From positions 2,418,001-2,482,000 of the forward strand of contig NC_081334.1 in NCBI RefSeq assembly GCF_022539665.2: 64,000 nt of DNA, written 5' to 3'. Origin of the DNA: Daphnia carinata. Lineage: Eukaryota. Shown here piece by piece: positions 36,885 to 51,900 of this stretch (its first letter is position 1; every line of letters starts with the position of its first letter). Position numbers and translations under genes: made by a program. Under the pieces are notes generated by a model. That model saw only the letters and a program-made list of their open reading frames with translations, was not told the origin of the DNA and ran no database searches.

Positions 36885-39573
36885 AAAGAAAATCACTTAC
36901 CAATAATGAAGCGGTAGGTTTGCACAAAAACAAATAGGCACAATTACATTTCCTTCTCTTCGACCGCCCTGCCTACTTACGTCTGTTGAAAAGAAAACAA
37001 CACAAACAAATGATCATATAGTCAGCCACAGCCAGCGCCATCCATTGGAAAAAAAGCAAAACAAAAAGAATAGCTAATTGTTTCGAAAAAGAATCGAAGT
37101 CGTAGTAAATTGGTTCGAAAAAAAAAAAGATGAACATGTGGAAAAATATACATTTTACCTTCATCCCATATTCGTGCGTTCGTTTCATCTTGCTTCTCCC
37201 CACTACATGTCAAATTGCAAAAGTTTATTTATATTCAGTATTTATATCAGACAGCATCGAGAAAGTGTAAGAATGCAAAACGCTAACAAGTTTCACTTCG
37301 TGATAAATCGTTACGAGTTATAGCTTTTTATTGGCTCGTGCACTTTGTATAATGCGCCATTCGCGTTCGTACAGGAATGCCTGACGCAGGTGATCGAGGC
37401 ATTACGTGCCTCGGCATGTATTTTTTTCGATGTCAGACAAGTAAAACAAAAGACGTCTGATGTCGGGGCGGCAGATGAACTCGACGAGATCTTTGGCCGC
37501 ATTTCGTATCATTTTAGGACAAACTTTTGCAGCTGTAAATTGTACGAAAGCACCGGCGGTACCGGTAGCGTTTCCTGTTTTGATTAACAGATTCTTTGAC
37601 GTTTTAGGATAGCATGGCTTATTATTGCTCGATTGGACAGATGAATGGCAGAGAAAATATACTAGCAATCTTTAACTTAAGCTCGGCAAGGCCATTTCGC
37701 TTATATCTTCTTCCTAAACTGTCAAAAAAAAATTCCAAAGTTGGACGAACGTTTATTTCGTTTTGCCAAAATTTCCATATTGTGTTGTTGGCTCGTTGCT
37801 CATCTTTCTTTCCGTCTCGTTCATAATTTTTTATAGTTTCTTCCCAAATGAAAGAAACATGAATAAATTTCTTTGACCTTGTTGTTTCTGCTTTGATGGC
37901 ATGGAATGTCCAGTTTTATTTCCCTACCATGTTAAGCCGTCATACCAACTGGAGACTGTATTCCACCTGTATTTCTATTTAATGTTAGGTGTAATTACAG
38001 CCGTACTTGGAAAATGATTTGATGACGTATAGACGTGTATGTTTTTTTCCCATTTAATTGTGCCTTACATTTTCATTTTTTTGTGAACGTGAAATAGTCA
38101 GCAACCCGTACTTCAAACTACTTTCAATCACTAGTGCGATAAACTTTCAAAACTGCATCTCGTACAACTGTAGGTTTATCTCGTAACGAAAGTTAAAAAA
38201 AAAAAATGCCTAGCTTCGTGATAGCATCTGAAAAATGTTTATAGTATATGTAGATAGGGTATACCATTCCAACCACGCGATAATTCTTGCATCGGTGGGC
38301 TTAAGCGTGTCCCACTTTCAGTTTTGCCTTGATTGTTACACCTACAAACTCTGGCCGTTGCCATGGGAATGATTGGAAAGTGGATCATTACGCGTATATT
38401 GGTAACAAGGTCTCTTAAGAGTTCTGAAACGTAGAAACGATGGAGCTCGTTAGACGTGATCAAAAGCTATCTGTCAAACTCAATTTTTCATGTGGGTTGA
38501 CTACGATACATTTTTTTAATGGACCAGGGAAAAAAACGGTTGTAACTGTTCTTCCACAGATTGGAACACAACCTGCAAATTAAAAAAGGGAATGCCAAAT
38601 AATGAAACGAATCCATGTTTATTTTATGGCAGCCGTCAAAGGGGAACCCTTCCTATTCTTAGTTCATGTTTTGTTTTAACTTTCTCCAGGTACACGGGGA
38701 GAGAGACATCCACAACATTATACACACATTAACTTAAAGGAGCCACTTTTGAACACAACAAATTACACGACATTGTTTTTCACCTGCTGATGATTGTAAT
38801 TTATGTATAAACTTTCGCACCCTACTGCCAACATACTTTGAACCAAGTTTAAAAACAAAAAAAAATGATCAAAAGACAAATCAATTAGATCTTAAATTAT
38901 GTGTGTAAGGCTTGGTTTCTTACATCGTGATCCATCACAATTTTAGAAGACCAGCGACAAATCGAATCACTTCTAGGGGAATCTATGTATAAGAGGTAAG
39001 AGAAGAATTGAATTAAAAAACAGAAGAGAAAATGGGAAAAAAATGATTAAAAGAAACATTTTAAGATGTGATGCACAAGTTAAACGATAAAAAAAAAAAA
39101 AGAAATCCGAGTTGATGTTTTCTTTTCTCCTTCTATGCACTACAAGTCTTGATGGTTCCAAAGATCAGAAAAGAGCAAATACGCAAAATAAATCGATGAG
39201 ACTAGACGAACAACGTGTGTGTGTGTGACCCACAAATTTTCTCAGGTGCAATGAAGGTATTTGCTGACGGTGTAGTGCGAGGAAAGGGTCAAAACCGGCC
39301 AAAAAGATTCTACAATAATCAGTGGCAATTAAAAAATATATCTCCCCCACTCCCCTTCCCCATCCACCCACCGGAATACACTTAAAAAAACAAACAAATA
39401 CTTATTGCATATTGCACAGATAGGGATACGGAGATATTAAGGCTCTGCAATGACATTTGACTGCTTAGAAATCCGTCAGCTGATCGTGACAACAGAAACA
39501 GGACTGGTTCATGCTAGTCGGATAAGAGAAACCCAAAATGAATAAGAATCATCATCATGGCCAGGGACGGCGA

Positions 39574-42500
39574 TCAATATTGATATTCGATCGAGCACGG
39601 CGTGACCGAGAAAAGTGAACGATGACCAGCATTGCCGAGGCCGAGGCTTGAATGGACCGACAAGGGCGAGTAATCGTCATGGCCGTCGTTAACATCTGAA
39701 TCTGCCATAATGACGTCACGTTCCATCGATAAGGGAAGAGAAGAATGGTCGTTGCCGTCCTCTTCGCCTGTGGTCATTTCTTCCCGCATGAACCTGTGAA
39801 TGGTAAAAGTGAAACCATTAGTAACATAACATTCTCGTTTCTAAAACCAACATGCGAAAGCCCTGGAGAAAGAGAAAACACAAAGATTCTTAAAAACAAA
39901 ACAAGAGCCAATGTTTCATCCATGCAAAGGAGTGAAATGATGATGTAAAATGTTGACGATGGATTAGTGACAAACGGGCAATCAGTACACGCACAACAAC
40001 ACACGAGTACGTGCCAATGGCTTACCGCGCTCACGACCTGACCACGACCAACACTAGCAAACGAATCATCGTGTGCTTCTCCCTCTCTCACACGGTTGTA
40101 TCGTGGAGCCTATAAAATTCATCGTGACCGACAAGCAACAACGTAACCAAGGTATATATATATATATATAAATATAGTCAAACATCTAATCGTGTCCCTT
40201 TCATAACAGATACGTTTTCCCCATTGTGCTATGTAATCAAGATGAAAATTCACCATAAAATAATGGTTATTAAACTCACATGTCATCGCTATGATCCGGT
40301 CCACCTTCTTCAGCCACCAAAAGTTCGTATTCTTCGGCAGCGTAGCGATCCCAGTCGGAAATCTGTGCAAAGATATGCGTTACATTGTTGGCTGTATTCT
40401 TCTTTAATCTGAATAATTACCTTGAGTATCTCGTCACCATTTTCCGAGTCGGGGTCGCGTTGCGAGGCAAACGGATCGCGTTGTTCGTGATCCAGGTATT
40501 TTTCCAAGTTGAAGAAAGTGTCAAAGAAGATGGGCGTCATCTGGCAACGTTTGAGGTCGTTCAGAGATACTTTACCGGGCACGGCCGGGTGAATCATGTC
40601 CAGCATCTGATCGTAAAAAGGAAAAACAAAACTCGATAGAATAATGATCCGTTATCTGGAATTCAAAAAGAGATCAAACCTGACACAGGCAATCTTCGAA
40701 TGGCAACGTTTCTATGCCTAAAGATTCCATCCGTTGCAATTGTTCCTCGTAAAAATATTCCAGTTCGTACATCGAAAGGAAACCGTCTCCGTCCAGATCC
40801 ATACACCTGTCAAACGGGATGTTATTCATTTTCTTTTCCACACATCAAATTACTAATTCGATTAAGTATTAATACCTGAACCAATACTCGATGGCCGTCG
40901 AATGCCTTTTGTCCTCTTCGGAGATGAGGAACCAGACAAACTCTGTGTAACTCATCCGCGGCTGATTGTTCATGTTGGTGTTGGTGTTGCCGAACTTGGC
41001 CAGTCGGTTGTTGTGAGGCGCGCCGCGGGTGACGGCCCCAGAGAATATCCGATCGATCATCTTGGAGGACAATGCTGTCGTGTTTGAAAAAAAAAAAAAA
41101 AAGGAATCCAATGAAAATGGATTTTGAGGATAAAAACAAAATGTATATGGAAGTTGTACCGTGGTCGTTGTGCCGAGCCAGATCCTTCTTATCGATAAAG
41201 AGGTCGTGGTCTTTGTCCAACTCCCAGAACTTGCAGTAGATGACGTAGAAATGCTCGTAGCTGAAAAAATCGGTGATTTGGTTGATGTCTTCCTCCTCTT
41301 CCAGCAAGCGAATCGTGGTCAATAAGTTGGAATGGCGCAGTTCGGCCAGAGTGATCTGGCCTGACCAGGATCGGTTCACGTTGTAATAAATTCGCGCAAT
41401 CACCTGTTTTTTTTTGTTTTTTTTTTGCAGGTCAATAAACAAAAAGGACACCGTCATTAGAAATAAAAAAAAAAAGGAAAACTGGATACGCAGCGTAGCG
41501 TCAAATCGTACCGTGTGAACGTAGCGCGAGTGAAATTCAGCCGCCTCCTTGAGGAAGGTCAACCCCGGATGGGTGTCGACCACGTCTTGGATCAGCGGCA
41601 CGAAATCCTCCGGTACTAGATAGAACCGGCCGGAACTGGCACTGTTGTTCATCGGCCCGTTGAAATTGTTGTCTGTTCTGCTGGCGTTCACATTCGGGTT
41701 GATCATGGTCAGGAGTTGAACGAATCGAGACGCTTCGTCATGATAGTTGTTGATGATTCTGTTCCAATTATCACAGACCAAAGGTAAAACAAAACAAAAC
41801 AAAACAAAACAAAACAAAACAGAACATTAATCATGAAATATAACCCATGATTGATACAAGCAATTGAAAGGGAACAAAATAACGATCATTATTACTTTCC
41901 CCAAAAGTCGGTGAAGGTTTCCAACGTAACGTGTCCGAGCTTTTCGCCACCGCTCGCAATGAACAAGATGGCTTTCCAATAGTAAGGACATCCACAAGCC
42001 TGCAAAGATACGAGCCCCCAGTCAATGAATCGACATTTCATTTTAGAAAAAAAAAAAAAAAAAAAAAAAAAAAACACAAATCTCGTAGACAAACAAATTT
42101 AAAAGAAGGGAATCATAAAGAATAGAAAGGATTACCTTGGCAATGGTTCCGAAATGCTCGCGACTTGCTTGGCAGTTGGGTAGCTGCTGAAACGTGGCGG
42201 CCAGCCTAAGCAAGGAGGCATCCAGCTGCTCTTTACTGATGGGTCGTCCCGTTGGGTAGTAAAATCTACGTACCATATGGGGCAACAGCAAGAGAGAGAG
42301 AGAGACAGAACAAAAATTTAAAACGGTGGGCATTCCAATGAGATGTCAAGACGAGAAAAAAACAGTCGGCGAAAATGGAGAGAAACACACACCTGGGCAA
42401 AAGGAGATTGTTGTTGGCTTTAGCCTGGCGGCGCAGAGTCGACCTGGGCGATGAAATGTTCGCCGATGTCGATCGGTTCTCTTTGTTGTTATCCTTGGCG

Positions 42501-45500
42501 TAGACCTGATCAAGAGAATAGAAGACAAACTCATTGATATGGATGTTTGTTTGTTTTTTTCAATGAAATATACAAATGTAGAGTCAGCCGATTAGTCAAA
42601 CTCTTCTTTCTTTTCGTACAACGAACTGGTTTGCTTTTAAATAATTCTTTTGTCTTTCTGAATTTCATTCACATGTTGGGTTTCAGTTTTAAAACGCGGG
42701 CCCTATATTTATATTTCTGTATTGTAGTGGGGAAAAGGGCGGGACAGTTGACAGTGACAGATTCTCAGACTGCCGTGAAAGGATCGCGTCTCCATTAAGA
42801 AAACATACGAAGTCTTCGCACGATGTTCACATGGCTAGATGGGCTAACATCGTAGACGTCCACCATTGAAATGTAGACACAAGCCAAACAAAAAGTCGAA
42901 CGCTGTTTTCAAAAAAAGGGAGATAAGAACAGGTTGGAAAGAAAGGTTTAACATCCTTGTCTGGACAACAAACAAAGGCGAGCATCAAAACGTGAGTCTT
43001 GCACGGTGCAATGAGAATTGTTTCTTTTAAAGAGAGAAAAACAAGTGACGACCGCATTTGTCGGTGAAAAATAAAAGTCGCTCTTTTTTAAGTTAAAAAA
43101 CAAAATGTTGACGCTCAAGTTTTGAAAGAACTTTTGAACCCCTCATCCGGCTGGCAAAAGGCGGTTCGTTATTTTTATCTGATGGTTGGAGAGAGGCAAA
43201 GGCAGGAAAAGAGCATCTTCCTTTTTTTTTTTTCTCTCTCTTTCTGACAGCCCTTTTTTGGGGCGAGTCTTCCAACGCGCCATCTCTTCGGCAACGGGCT
43301 TTGCATAGTTAAACAAAAACGCGTGTGTCTTGCCTCTATTTCTTTTCTTTCCTTTTGGATATTCTTTATTTCTTCTTCACGTTTTTCAAGGTTGCATCAA
43401 CAACACGCACGATAATGGCAAACCAACGGGCAAGACAACTCTCGTGGTACACACCCATCTGATGGTATTCAATGAACCCCACGAAAAGCCCCAAAAAACA
43501 GTTGAACCCTATTTGATGTATAATAATTCACGGGAATCTTATACAGCGCCAAAGAGGCAGCGTACAACAACAACAGACTTTGGCTTCAATCCCAATCGTC
43601 GTGTTTGTTATGGTTGGCTAGGCGCCTTTCATATTTAACTGTTAAGGAAAAGAGGAAGGAAGAAACTTGTGTTTCCCCCCCCCCCCTTTTTTTTTTTCTT
43701 TCTTTCTATGGTGTTTCGTTTTTTTTTTTTTGTTAGTTGAATCGTTAAAATAAACAGAAAGAAGAAAGAGATAAATAAATAAATTCGGGAAAGCTTGAAT
43801 ATCTACCAGAGAGTTTGGTTGAATAATGTAAGATCGTGGACGGCGTTGAATAGGCGGCCGATAAGGGAAACGAGGTGTGGGCTTTTGAGGCCGGGCTTCA
43901 AAGGCCAGACCCAACAAATTGAGTCTCTTGGCCGCCAATAAACGATATTTCGCCTGGCAAGCTTGGCACCGAACGTTCACCATGTTTTTTTGTTTTGAAA
44001 TCCGCACTGTCTTCCCAGAAAAAAAAAAGAAAAGGAGATAACAACCAATGGGAAAAACAAACACAGAGGGCACTGGGAGGGAGGACACACAACTTGCGTT
44101 CAAATCCCGAAATCTTCAAATGTCGCAATTCGCCATGGCAATGCAACAAAACGAAAGGCAAACAAAAGCCGAACGGTCCACGAACTGGCTGCTTTCTAAG
44201 TCAATTTCAACACGATTTTTTTTTGTTTTCCTTTTTCAGAAATGGTGGAAGAGCGTGGGTGCGGGAATGAACGGCGTCAACATGCTGCTCGTGAGACACC
44301 ACAGACTCGACTAAAGCGAAAGCAAAGCTTTGACAAGACCCTTCGGCAAGAGTCTTGCAATCGTTCACCGCAATACCGTAGCGCCCTCTTCGCACCAACA
44401 GTTCAAAAAAGATTCGAATATAACTAACACACACACACTCGAGAAAAAAAAGGAGGAGGAGGCGTTCATCGAGGAGGGAGGTATAATGACGTCACGTAAC
44501 ACATACACCATACGTTCCCGGCGGCGTCTGACGGGACTCGACTGCCGTTTCTTTTTTTTTTTTTTTTTTTTTCGTTTCCTTTCTTCAATTTGCATTGGAT
44601 CGCCATGTTAAGAGAGAAGAGATGCTGAGGGCGGAAAAGAAAAACCTTGGCCCTCATCATTGTAGGACGCACTCAGTTTTTTTTTGTTTTTTTTTTTTTC
44701 CAGAAACGTGCACAAACAGACACACATATTGAGACGAAAAATACGACAATGAACTCATGGAATCAGTTTCCATTCATCTTATTATCTCTTTTCCCTTTGC
44801 TTTTTCGAATCTAATCTCAGCGATGTTCGATGATTTCTTATCGAAGAGTTTTTGAAATACGAAAAAATGTTTCGTTATGTTCTTTGGAAGGATAGGGATA
44901 ACCTTTAAAAAAAAAAAAAAAAAAAAAAAAAGAGTCCATCGGAAAGGTGAGCTCGGTTTTTAACCTTGAGGTTCATCGGCAGGTGAGACGGCCAGGTAAA
45001 ATTCACGGCACGTCGGGAACACACACACGGCTTTTGAAGCTGAGCGGATTTTCTTGTTGGAACAAAAAAAAAACTAGCCGAATCGAATTTGAATAACACT
45101 CCATTTGGGGGCTTTTGCTAGGACTTTTTCGGCCTTTCTGGCCATACGTGAGGCGGACTGTTAATATCGTGTTTCGTTCGGTCACGTCTTGACGCAAAGT
45201 CAAAAATAAAAATAAATAAACAAACAAAATAAACCTGAAAAAACGTAAGGAAAAATAAAACCAGCAACAAAATTGGAAAACAAAAAGGGCATACGATTTT
45301 TAATCAACGGGAATGGAGACAACAGCAACGGCCATTCCCGCCCATTAGGCCATCAAATCCAGCCTGTTTCACGAGATATTATCAACTGATAGGCTAACCA
45401 TAAAATGATAATCACGTCATCAGCACAGGTTGCCATGAGAAACAAGAGCCTAATTAATCCATCGCCAAAGGAGAAGAGAAGAAAAAACAAACAAACAAAA

Positions 45501-48500
45501 CAAAACAAACGGAATCATTGAAATTTGTTTTGTTATCGAAAAACATCTTGGAAAGGTCAAGTGTTTTCGGAAGATGATGAAACTTAACGATTTCTTTCAA
45601 CTTGCTAACGAAACGCGGATTTTTCGTCAAGCAGATCTTCGAACGAGTTAACAATTAAAAACAAAAATCTTCCACTGCCAACTCATAGTAGTTTGTCACG
45701 CCATCGAGGAAGCCACTGAAAAACATCTGGTCATTCTCTTTGGCAAGATGGACGGTCGTGAGCACGCCCTGTTTGAACACACGCTATGAGACTTGCCAGA
45801 TGGAAAGAGTTTTGACAGTTCAAAAACAAAAAGCAAAGCAACAATAGTGGAAGGCAGAGCAACTGGCTGTTTTATTATTATTATTATTTTTCTTTTTTTT
45901 TTTTTTTTGGAAGGCTAAGTTCAGCTTCTGCCAGTGCACTGTTATGCATACTAATCAACCTATGGTTACTGGAATTGGGCCGCAAGAGATGGTAGACAAA
46001 AACGATTTACATCCAAAGACAGTTGAAACAAAGAAACGTCTGAATGGGGGGGAAGAAAAAGAAGAAAATTCTCAAGTTTTGATCTCTTGTTCTCAAGGGC
46101 AACCGTCACCTTTTTTTGTATAGACTCAACAGTTGAAGAATGGCCTTTGATACTAGAAAAAATGCTGTAGCAATCACCTGGATCTCTAACGGCACCATCC
46201 GGTCCCATTTTTAATGCCCCGCCATTTTATGCAAAGCGCCGAGGTCTCGAGCCGATTTAGGAAACAAAAAAACTCAAAAAAACTCAAAAATCCCGAAACA
46301 TTAAACGCTATCTCCAACACAAGCGTCCGTGAAGGTGAACGGCTGGAAATCCAACATTGTCGTTGAGAAAACAACATTAACTATCAAGATAGATGTTCAT
46401 TGTTTCTAACCTATCTTTATAGATTCATCTATTATCATTTAACTGCCACTGGCACCAACAAAACTGACCATTTAATTTATTTCGTCTTCGCTTCGGAAAT
46501 GCTTTCGAACGCTGTTGCGAGTTGAGGGTTAAAACGTGGCACTACATTACGCCATCGAGCTGACATTGAAACAATAACGAAGATCAAAAAAAAACAAAAA
46601 AAACAAAAAAAAAGAAAATTTCCAGGTATAGTTTATAAAGACGGGCGCCTTGCGGCAGGCTCTTAACGAAAAGCGTGACTGAGAGAAAGCGATACGATAT
46701 TAACCTTCACCTACTGACTAGTTGGAAAACATGCGCCAACAGATTGGCGATTGGAAAAAGAAGGCGATACGACCGAAACATTTGTGTGTGTGCCGTTTTG
46801 TTATCGACAGAAAATTCGCCAAGGCTACGATCTTTTGAAAGACATTTTTTTTTTTCGCACTGGACGCTGTGTGATCGACCAGAGAGAACAACGACAGGTA
46901 AAAAAAAAAAAAAAAGAAAGAAAAGAAATGACATTGCAAACGATAGACGAAAAGAGTGGAAATCGAAAAGCGTTTCCATCATTTCTGGTGGACACGTCTC
47001 ACACACGGCTGGAATTTTTTCTTGTTTAACTGGCCCATTGTGAGCACAGCGAGATGCTGGCAAAAAAAAAAGGAAACTGCGTCCTTGGCCCAGTAGGTTC
47101 TCGAGTGCCAACGTGAAATAAGCACGACGCGATAATCTAGAGGAAAGGTGAAGTGAAAAGATGGCGTACATTGCATGTAGATCAAACTGGTCCTGCAGGG
47201 CAGGGCGAGATGAAATCATTGTATGCATCCCACAAATGCATCTTCCTCTCAATGTAGGTTACAGAGGGACAGGAAAACCTCCTCCTCCACAGGTGGGAGG
47301 GAAAAAGAAGGCTCGTGTGTGCCAAAGAGGTGTTTGCTTTCGTTCAATTTCGCAAAGTGATGTCTACAAGGCGTCCTTGCCCTCAGCCTTGAGCAATTAT
47401 CGCGTCATAGATTTCGGGAAAAAAAAAAAAAAAAAAAATGAAAATTCTTTGCAAATTAGAGGACGACGACATGCGTAGGAAGATGAGGGAATCTATCGAA
47501 GTAAAAAAATGCCGAAATAAACCCAACTTTTTTAGGCAAACGATAAGAGTCTATATTTGCCTTGGGTTGGGCCCTGGCTGTCGCCTTGTTCTCTCGTGCA
47601 TAGTAATGCTAAATGAAACTTTTCGTTTTGCGCCCTTTTGTTTTCAATAGACTTTCATTTTTTTTTTTTGTTGTTGTCTTGTTTTACTTCTTTTAAATTC
47701 TGCTAAAAACTGGCTTTTTTTTTTTTTTTTTTTCGTTTTTGTTCTTTTTGTTTGTCGAGCATTCCGAAACTGTGGAGACACAGACGGCACATACTTTGCA
47801 TAGATCGGATGCCCACAAAAGGGATGAATGCCAAGCACGGTGTGTGCCAGCAGCTAGAAACAGCCTTGGCATGTTTTGTTATTTTTCAGCAACCAAAAGT
47901 GATGTAGGACGAAAACGAGTAGGAGGATTGCATCCTACCCCTGTTGATTTTGCTCAATCTGAATTTACAATTCCTTTTTGATTAAATACCGATGAAAATA
48001 TTTTGGCCACGCCAAAACAATTTCCGCGAGAGTTAGAAATCCCGTTCGTTTCTTGTTGAGACGGTGCCGCACATACCATGATTCTGATATCGCTCCTCGG
48101 AGGAGTTTTGTATGTGTACGTAACACATACGTGTACGCGCATTTCGAATCGACGCGGTGAAAAAACGCAAACGCCATCTAGCGGCCGAATTTGCAAAAAA
48201 ACTACTTCTTACTACGAGATGGCGCTAGAGTCAAGATTTTCTGATTAAATAATAATAAAATGAATAAATTCATGAAGGATCCCCCCGTAAAGGCAAGCAA
48301 TAAAATTATTACGAGTGACACGTAACCTGTAAACAAAAAGAAAAATAAAAAAAAAAAAAAAAACAGAAAAAAAAACTACCACTTTTGTTAGCATAGGTTA
48401 CGTAGATGCATGTTCTAACAGTTTCAGCGTGTATGCGGTCACGCACCCGATGCTCCCGTGCGTAAAATACGGAAAGCTAGTCCCAATTCACCTTCAAAAA

Positions 48501-48899
48501 AAAACAAAAAAAAACATTGTCGAAGTAACGACGTCACCCAATGTACGGACATAATGGCAGGGAGTTGGTAAAAAAAATAAAAGGAGAGGGGGCCACGGCC
48601 AGGGTATTTTTACATCCAACATGATTCGTGAACGGCGTAAACGACCGTTTCGCGTGACTACTATACAATCTGATCCCCCGACCCCGTCTATTGACTTCTT
48701 CGTTACACTCGGCCGTCTTTTTATTTCTTTTCCCCGTTCCTCGTTGTGTGGAATTTCGTGGATAAGAAAAACTAACGGAATGACGAGGCCGAAATTCATG
48801 GCGAGCAAATGACTCTAATAACGGGCTGAATTTCCTTCATACAAACGATCGCTAGCTTTCTTATCCTGTTCCAAAGATAATTGTAATTTTTTCGGTAGC

Positions 48900-48941
<42 letters not shown>

Positions 48942-51900
48942 GGCTACAGGAAATCGTGATTTCGCCTCTGGAACCATAAAAAATGGAACGCACGCCAGAA
49001 AAAAAAAAAAAAAAGAAGCAATCGAAATGCAAAACGCCAGCAAAAAGAACAAACATCGTTTCTTCCGCTAGAGGTTAATCACCTAATCACGCCTAACGCG
49101 TTCAATCATAATGGCTTCCCCCCCCCCCACCTTCAAATATCTATATCCAATTTAGTCAATCATATATTTAGAGATAAACTCGCCAAATCGATTGGGGACC
49201 AATCAAATTCAAATCAAAAGGATCGTGAAATACCCCCCCCCCCCCCCAAAGAAGAAAGAAAAGCAAAAAAAAAAAAAACAAATGCTCTTTTTTCATGGAA
49301 TCCTCATTCAAGAAGCGCAAAGCGACGACAAGATGGCGGCTCAAATTTTGTTTTTCCAGTTTGCGTTTCTACTTGTAACATCTCAAAGACAAACAAGAAA
49401 AAACAAAAAAAAAAAAAAAAAACAAAAAACAAAAACGAGAGGCCAATAAACGCATCCGGTGCAAACGACGGGTCTTTTGTTACCGTCCATTGAAATCGGA
49501 TCGCACGTTGTGCTACCGCGCACGATAGAAATAAGGTATCTTTCTACGGCCCCCGCCCCAAAAAAAGGGGTAGGTGTAGTATGTCAAAACAGATATCTGT
49601 CCTTTCCCTGCGCTGTAACATGGCCCTCAAATTGCGTATCAAATAAAAAAAAAAAAAATAAATTTTGGACAATGGATGGCAAGAACATTCGTCCAGTTAC
49701 AAGACCCCTATTTAAGCTGTTCCAGACGAAAGAAAGAAAGACGGGCGACAATTTGACACCTCCGCCCATTTAAACTGACACGCGAACTCCGGTTTAGAAA
49801 AAAAAACAACACGACACGCCATTAGAGACACACTCCGACTGTCGAAAAACAAACAACGAACGAAACGGAAAAAAAAAAAAAAGAAAAGAAATTGAAGTTT
49901 TGTAAGGGACGCGCATAATCTAAGGGCTAATAAATTGCGTGCGGGCGTTGCCAGCCAATCCCGACCAAAAAAAAAAAAGAGGGCGCATGTTTATAATAAC
50001 GGGACGCATCATCTCGTTTCCATATTCATCGTTGAAAAATTCATGAAAAAAAAAAAAAAAAAATTAAAAAGAAACTGACCTGGACTCGAGTTTGGACATC
50101 GTTGGAGTGTCGCCAAGTCTGCGGTGCTGGACTGCCGGCCCGTTTCGATTTTTCTGCCGTTATAGCGGTGGCAGCAGAGGTCACCTTGTCCGATTTGGTA
50201 GCCGATTCCGTCATGATCGTCGTCGGGCATTTTTCAAAAATGAGGACCCTCTCGGCGACGGAGCCCCGCGTCAAAAACGGCCGGATGGGGATGCCCGTCG
50301 ACGTGTACTGGACAGGCAATCCGACCGACGTCACGTGATGTCCGCCAGCGCCGAGCTGTTGCAGATTGCGTTCGCGCAAATGCTGTTTCTGCTGCACCGT
50401 CAACTCCGGATGGGGCAGCGGGGAGGACGTCGGGCTCGTGTTCGACCCGCAACCCGTCGGCTGCGGTTCGGGCGATTTGCGCATTTTGCGCGTTTTCATC
50501 CGCCGCAACGCCTCCAAATTCAAGCCGCCATTGCCGGACAGCTGCGACTGTTGTGCAGATGCTTGCAATTCATCGGCCGGATCGACGGATGCAGGCGGAC
50601 GAACCGGAGACCACTCGTTGATTTGAACGCCGGAACGCCACGGCACCGCGCAAGTATTGACAGCGGGGCGGGTCGGACCTTCGAAACGACTGCGGGTCTC
50701 CGAGACGACATTGGGTTGCGGAGAGTTTTGCGCTTTGCCGATCGTCCTGGAATCCTCCAGCCTTTGCTGAGTGAGCGGGTTAGCCTGGGCCGCTTGGTAA
50801 CGAACCTTGGCGTAATCGACGGTTGAAACCCCGGCCACGGGCACCGTTTCAGACAGTTTGACGGTGCGCGGGGAGGTGGATCGCGCCGGCGAACCATCGC
50901 GGATGGCCAACGTTATGGGACCCGGGCTATTTTCTCTGCTGACGGACGTGGCGGATCTCGGCGTCGGTTCCGTGATTTTCAAGCGACCCACCAGCGATTC
51001 GAGCTCATCCTCGACATTGCCGCCGGTTCGGGGCGTCGGGGCGATCCGTTGATGTCGCTCTCTCGTTTTCTTGATCAACGACTGATGAAACTGATCGCTG
51101 GGTGTTGGAGAATTAGGAACTGCGACCTCATCAATGACGCGGCCCGTCTTGAGGGCGTTGATTAACTTTTCCTCTTCCTTGTCCACTTCGCTCGTGTTGG
51201 ACGCCGATGACTTGGGTGTCGCGGCAACCGGGTGGTGGGCCGCCACTTCGGCTACGACGGTCACCTTGTGATATTGAACTGGGCCGGGCGAGACGACGCG
51301 CTTGACCGGCCAACTGGGCGAACTATGAGATGCATTCGCCAGTTCGATGCGGGTGGCGAATCTTTGGGCCCGGCTTTTGACAGTGCCCGACGGTTCCGCT
51401 GCCTGTCCAGGTGACGTCCGATTACTTGACTGCACGGCTTCCTGGAACGACGGCGAACTCCTCACCGCCACGTCGGCCGGTGGCTCCGAGTGCGTCGGCC
51501 GATTCGACGTTCCACGCGCCGATTCGTAGTTGAGGCCCTTCATTTCGAAGCGCTTGAGGGCCGTCTGAATGGTGGAAGCCGCACTGGCTGTCGGTTGGTG
51601 GACGCCAGTAGGTGATGGCGAGACCGTTCGCGCTCTAGCCGCTAATCTGGCCTTATCTTCGTGAACGAAACTATTCACCAGTTGTTCCAGAGTGGCGTCC
51701 AATTGCGGACTGGCCAACAATTCGACCGGAGATAAAGACGATCCCGATTTCGGCCTCTCCGACACGCTTCGACGATCTATCGACGAGCTTCGCATCTGAC
51801 GGAAGGCCGGTGTGGTGGTGGCAACGTCGCCGCCTGGACCCTCCGTCTCCGCCGAATGTAAATGAAGCAGCTCATTGGGCGTTAATCCTTTCGACTTCCA

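Noticed and set aside
42550..50040. Numerous short Lys/Phe-rich ORFs (also 52660-56900 and 610-1406)
   Set aside because: They arise from poly-A/T and CA tracts in intronic or UTR DNA and show no protein motifs.
50092..50826. 244-aa plus-strand ORF and other antisense ORFs within 50000-52500
   Set aside because: Shadow ORFs of the GC-rich PP2A B'' exon.
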